Shown here piece by piece: positions 60,214-64,000 of a stretch of 64,000 nucleotides of DNA (position 1 is the stretch's first letter; the number at the start of each line of letters is the position of its first letter). The position numbers and the translations under genes were made by a program. The stretch is taken from the NCBI GenBank assembly GCA_030141605.1, contig JAQGDQ010000869.1:22430-86429 (forward strand), written 5' to 3'. Source of the DNA: Tubiluchus corallicola. Taxonomy: Eukaryota; Animalia; Priapulida. The notes under the pieces are model-generated. The model was given only the letters and a program-made list of their open reading frames with translations, was not told the origin of the DNA and did not search any database.

Positions 60214-61020
60214 TCATTTATTTGCCATTGTGCACCTTTTTAAGTGATGCTTCAAATTGTGATTGTGTGTATAACTTGTGTAGCAATGAGGACATTGAAA
60301 CGGACGTTCTCCTGTGTGAGACCGGATGTGACTTTTTAGATTATGCTTCCATTCTGTGTGATAGGAACAAATCTTACAATGCCACAGCTTTTTGTTACTG
60401 GTACTCATAAGGGATTCGCCACTCGACTGTAAGTTCTCAACAAGGTTTTTCCCTTGAGCAGTCAACGTTGTCTTTGGTTTTACTGGCCTTTGGTATTTAC
60501 GAACACCGGGATACTCATTTTGCAGTCTCTTTTTATTCTTGATTTGGCTCACAGCACCTTGCACTGAGGTAAATACTTGTTCATCCTGTAGTCGGAATGA
60601 TTGAAATGTCAAATCTGTTTCTGATTTTACATCGTGATTGCCAAAAGCGGAACTGGTACTAGCTAGCTCAACAGAAGCAACATTGTTTGTATAGGTGCTG
60701 TTGGCAAAATCCTCAATACCAATGCTTGCATTATCATTTATATAACTTCCAGTTTCTACGTGGCTGGGTTCCATTGCCTGTTGAAGTGGTTGTACCTCTA
60801 GAACTGACTGAATCTCCGCAGCATTGTTCTCAACATCTTCATCATCTGTCACACACAAATAAGCAGTAGATTTGCACTGGTCGTACTGTTCCGTACCCTC
60901 ACATACCAGTACCTTACAATGCCATGTTCTCGTATGTGCAAAGAAAACATCCTCGCTCATAAAACATTCAGAACAAGCAGTGCACTTGAAGTAGATTTCC
61001 CGATAAGCACATCCCTCCAT
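60214..61020 (-). CDS. Zinc-finger array member ZF8 (268 aa from ATG)
   Basis: Same architecture; second finger is C2HC (HLKRC). Acceptor ttgtttcag| lies 48 nt upstream. Confidence 0.92.
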   Translation of the reverse strand: MEGCAYREIYFKCTACSECFMSEDVFFAHTRTWHCKVLVCEGTEQYDQCKSTAYLCVTDDEDVENNAAEIQSVLEVQPLQQAMEPSHVETGSYINDNASIGIEDFANSTYTNNVASVELASTSSAFGNHDVKSETDLTFQSFRLQDEQVFTSVQGAVSQIKNKKRLQNEYPGVRKYQRPVKPKTTLTAQGKNLVENLQSSGESLMSTSNKKLWHCKICSYHTEWKHNLKSHIRSHTGERPFQCPHCYTSYTHNHNLKHHLKRCTMANK

Positions 61021-62269
61021 GATAAAACCAAATGATTTCTGTGATCCAGTCCTTGTCAAGCAAATCAGCTGAAACAAAATGTCGCAATCTAAGTGTAAGG
61101 CTGATTGGTATAAATGACACTAATTAAGGAAGGTGAGAGAGGTAGATACACTACAGATGAGGGTAGATAAACTTTGGCTTACATGAAACACCAGAGTAAC
61201 TGACTTAATTTACAAAATGATATGATTTTTTGCAAATTAACCATGCTTCTTATTTTTATTACTATTACAATTATTACTTTAATTCCTTATTATTCATATT
61301 CTTATAATTATTCAGAACAATTTAACTAACTGGTTATGTATAATATCGTAATGCACCATGCAACCAATTTAGTAATTTTAGTAAACATATTACAGGAATA
61401 CTACCTTGTTGTTTTACATTGAGTAACTGACTTAACTTGCAAAAAAGAAGTAATTTTGCATAAATTAATCATGGTTTGGCGAAACGCAGACATTCCGCAT
61501 GCCAGTTATTAACAAATACATTGAACAGGTCAATCAGAAACGACAATTAAAATGCAACTTTCTAACCAGCTGAATAAATAATTAATGTGCTGTTACAAAT
61601 ATGCTACTAAACACTTATGCTAATGTCCTGCTCCATTAGAACAGCCAAAGTATAACAATTTATTGAACTTTGTAACATTATCAATTTTTATTATGACTTA
61701 TGGGACGACACACAAAAATTAGAACAAGTACAATGAGAATGCATATGCAAATAAAAAATTTTGTGAATTGTAATTCGTGAAGTGGTAACTAGCTACTAAC
61801 AGAAATGGAACATTGCCGAGCTAAAGGAAAGAGATAACACAACTGCAAAACTCTGCTTAAATGTCACTTTACAACTGCAAAATACTGTATAAGTGTTAGT
61901 TTATCAAGCAAGTACAAGTCCAATATAACACCAAGTGTTATTGCTGAAAACAAGCCACTGCAAATAACCGACACCATTACACAGAACGCAGGCACTTTTT
62001 AAAGATTGGCAGTCGTAAATGAGAATCATAAGCTGTCAATGACTAATAATCACCTATCATCCTTAGTAACTGGCGTTAATGCTGTTAACAGGTCATCGTC
62101 ATTAGCAACAAAGCTACTGATTTTGTGAAGCTATTGAAAAAACTACGAAAAAGTAGTAAAGTCCTTGCATGCTAAATTATTTTCTTTCTTTTCCTTTTCT
62201 GTAGTTCGTTCCCCTGCAAATTAATTACTTACTAGCCAAACCCCACAAAAAGAATTTTGTGCACAAATC

Positions 62270-63290
62270 AACACAAAACCCACACCACACCACTCCACCT
62301 CATCACACCGCACTGCACCACACCATACCACTCCACCACATCACACCGCACAGCACCACACCATAACACCACACTGCACCACACCACCCACCCACCTACA
62401 CACCACACCACCCACACCATACCACTCCACCACATCACACCACACCGCACCACACCATACCACCATACCACCTACACACCACACCATACCACTCCACCAC
62501 ATCACACCACACCACACCACACCATACCACTGCACCACCCACACACCACACCACACCATACCACTGCACCACCCACACACCACACCACACCACCCACACC
62601 ATAACACCACACTGCACCACACTGCACAGCACCACACCATAACACCACACTGCACCACACCACCCACCAACCTACACACCACACCGCACCACACCATACC
62701 GCTGCAGCACACCGCACCACCCACACACCACACTACACCACCCACACCATACGACTCCACCACATCACACCACACTGCACCACACCATACCACTGCACCG
62801 CACCACCCACACACCACACCACACCACCCACACCATAATACTCCACCACATCACACCCGCACAGCACCACACCATAACACCACACTGCACCACACCACCT
62901 ACACACCACACCACCCACACCATACCACTCCACCACATCACACCACACCGCACCACAACATACCACTGCAGCACACCGCACGACCCACATACCACACCAC
63001 ACCAACCACACCATACGACTCCACCACATCACACCACACCATACCACATCACACCGCACTGCACCACACCATACCACCACACCGCACCACAACACCCACC
63101 CACCCACACACCACGCCACCCACTCCATACCACACTACCCACACCACACCCCACACACCCTATCACCCCACCACACCATCCATAGCACAACACACAAAGC
63201 ACACCACCACCACACCACATCAAATCCACCACCTCACGTGGTGATCATGATGTTGATGATGATGATGATGATGGTGGCAACGATGACAAC
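62270..63290. repeat. Complex (CACCA)n satellite followed by short (GAT)n
   Basis: Direct inspection. Confidence 0.95.
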
Positions 63291-63414
63291 ACCTATAGCA
63301 CAAGCACCAACAGCACAGCATTACAACAAAACCATTCCAAACATTTTTCACAAAGTTGAAACTATGTGCTATAATATAATAAATAGCAAAAGATTTTGCG
63401 TAAAAAACCACGTG

Positions 63415-63740
63415 TAATCAATAATACGCGAACATCCTACCTAGTCCACATTTATAACACAAAGCCCGTAACATCGTGTCTACTGTTTGTTTAACTAACG
63501 CAAAGCCTGTAGCTTTTTGCTGAATTAAAGTTATAAGATTATAGACAGAGTACAATGGATGACGTCACAACAATGCCTTTGCGTCAGCAGTTTTCTAAGC
63601 GAAAATTGCCGAAAATAGAACTCCTAACTAACTCGTTGATACTCCTCTCGGTGGACCTGCCCTAACATATAGCCCACATCATCGTGTAGCCCTGTCCTTC
63701 CTCTTTCTGATGAGCTATATATCTCCTTCCGAGAGTCCCA
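63415..63740 (-). mobile_element. Dispersed repeat, inverted copy of 27535-27830
   Basis: Reverse-complement colinearity. Confidence 0.75.
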
Positions 63741-64000
63741 CCGGGCGCCGCTAGAACGTTTTTCCCGCATGCTGTTTGGTCAAAATTTCGAAAAAATTGC
63801 GAGTTGGGTCCGGGAAAACGCCCGTTGCGGGGCGCCGTGGCCCTCTCGGGAATTCTAAATAGGCCTACTACACCCACCGCTGAACGGGCTATCTATCCAT
63901 ACCCAGTACCCCCCTCGGCCCGTTCCCGTTCTCTACATCTCAGCCGTATAACTTTTGCAAAAAACGGCCGAAAAGGGCCATTTTTGGAGGTTTTTCGCCC

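Noticed and set aside
46358-61077. Strict lola/mod(mdg4)-type model in which all exons fuse in frame to an upstream BTB-coding exon
   Set aside because: No BTB exon is in the window, each ORF has its own ATG at a similar position, and ZF3 has an in-frame stop between acceptor and ATG. It cannot be excluded for the phase-0 open members.
62257-63411. His/Thr/Pro-rich and Val/Trp/Cys-rich ORFs
   Set aside because: Translations of the (CACCA)n satellite.
63431-63500. Possible shared leader-exon donor (AG|GTAGGA, minus strand) for the zinc-finger array
   Set aside because: It is part of a dispersed repeat also present, inverted, at 27535-27830, so it gives no specific support.

Overview
AT-rich, intron-rich animal genomic DNA, not prokaryotic; the 5S-type sequences look lophotrochozoan (mollusc/annelid-like), which is an inference. 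By manual exon assembly it contains the 5' end of a KIF19-like kinesin-8 gene (-), a complete BRI3 gene (-, 4 coding exons, 140 aa), a complete HTATIP2/TIP30 gene (+, 5 coding exons, 226 aa) and a WRN-type 3'-5' exonuclease gene (+, 7 coding exons, 238 aa) that has an N-terminal Ku-binding motif and apparently no helicase. A tandem minus-strand array at 46.3-61.1 kb holds six intact and two decayed single-coding-exon zinc-finger genes. Each intact gene has a highly conserved, unusual N-terminal CTACSEC...[14 protein letters not shown] finger module, a variable acidic linker and a C-terminal finger pair. Every array member that retains its 5' end has a 3' splice acceptor 15-52 nt before its own ATG, and some spacers are very short. 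This suggests a shared-leader (alternative terminal exon) or trans-spliced polycistronic arrangement, the most notable candidate system here. The rest is rich in MITEs (hAT, Tc1/pogo-like, Kolobok/piggyBac-like), a 5S-headed SINE candidate and minisatellites. Several minisatellites appear seeded from transposon ends, splice sites or a CTCF-like motif. Most ORFs in the supplied track are repeat or antisense artefacts.
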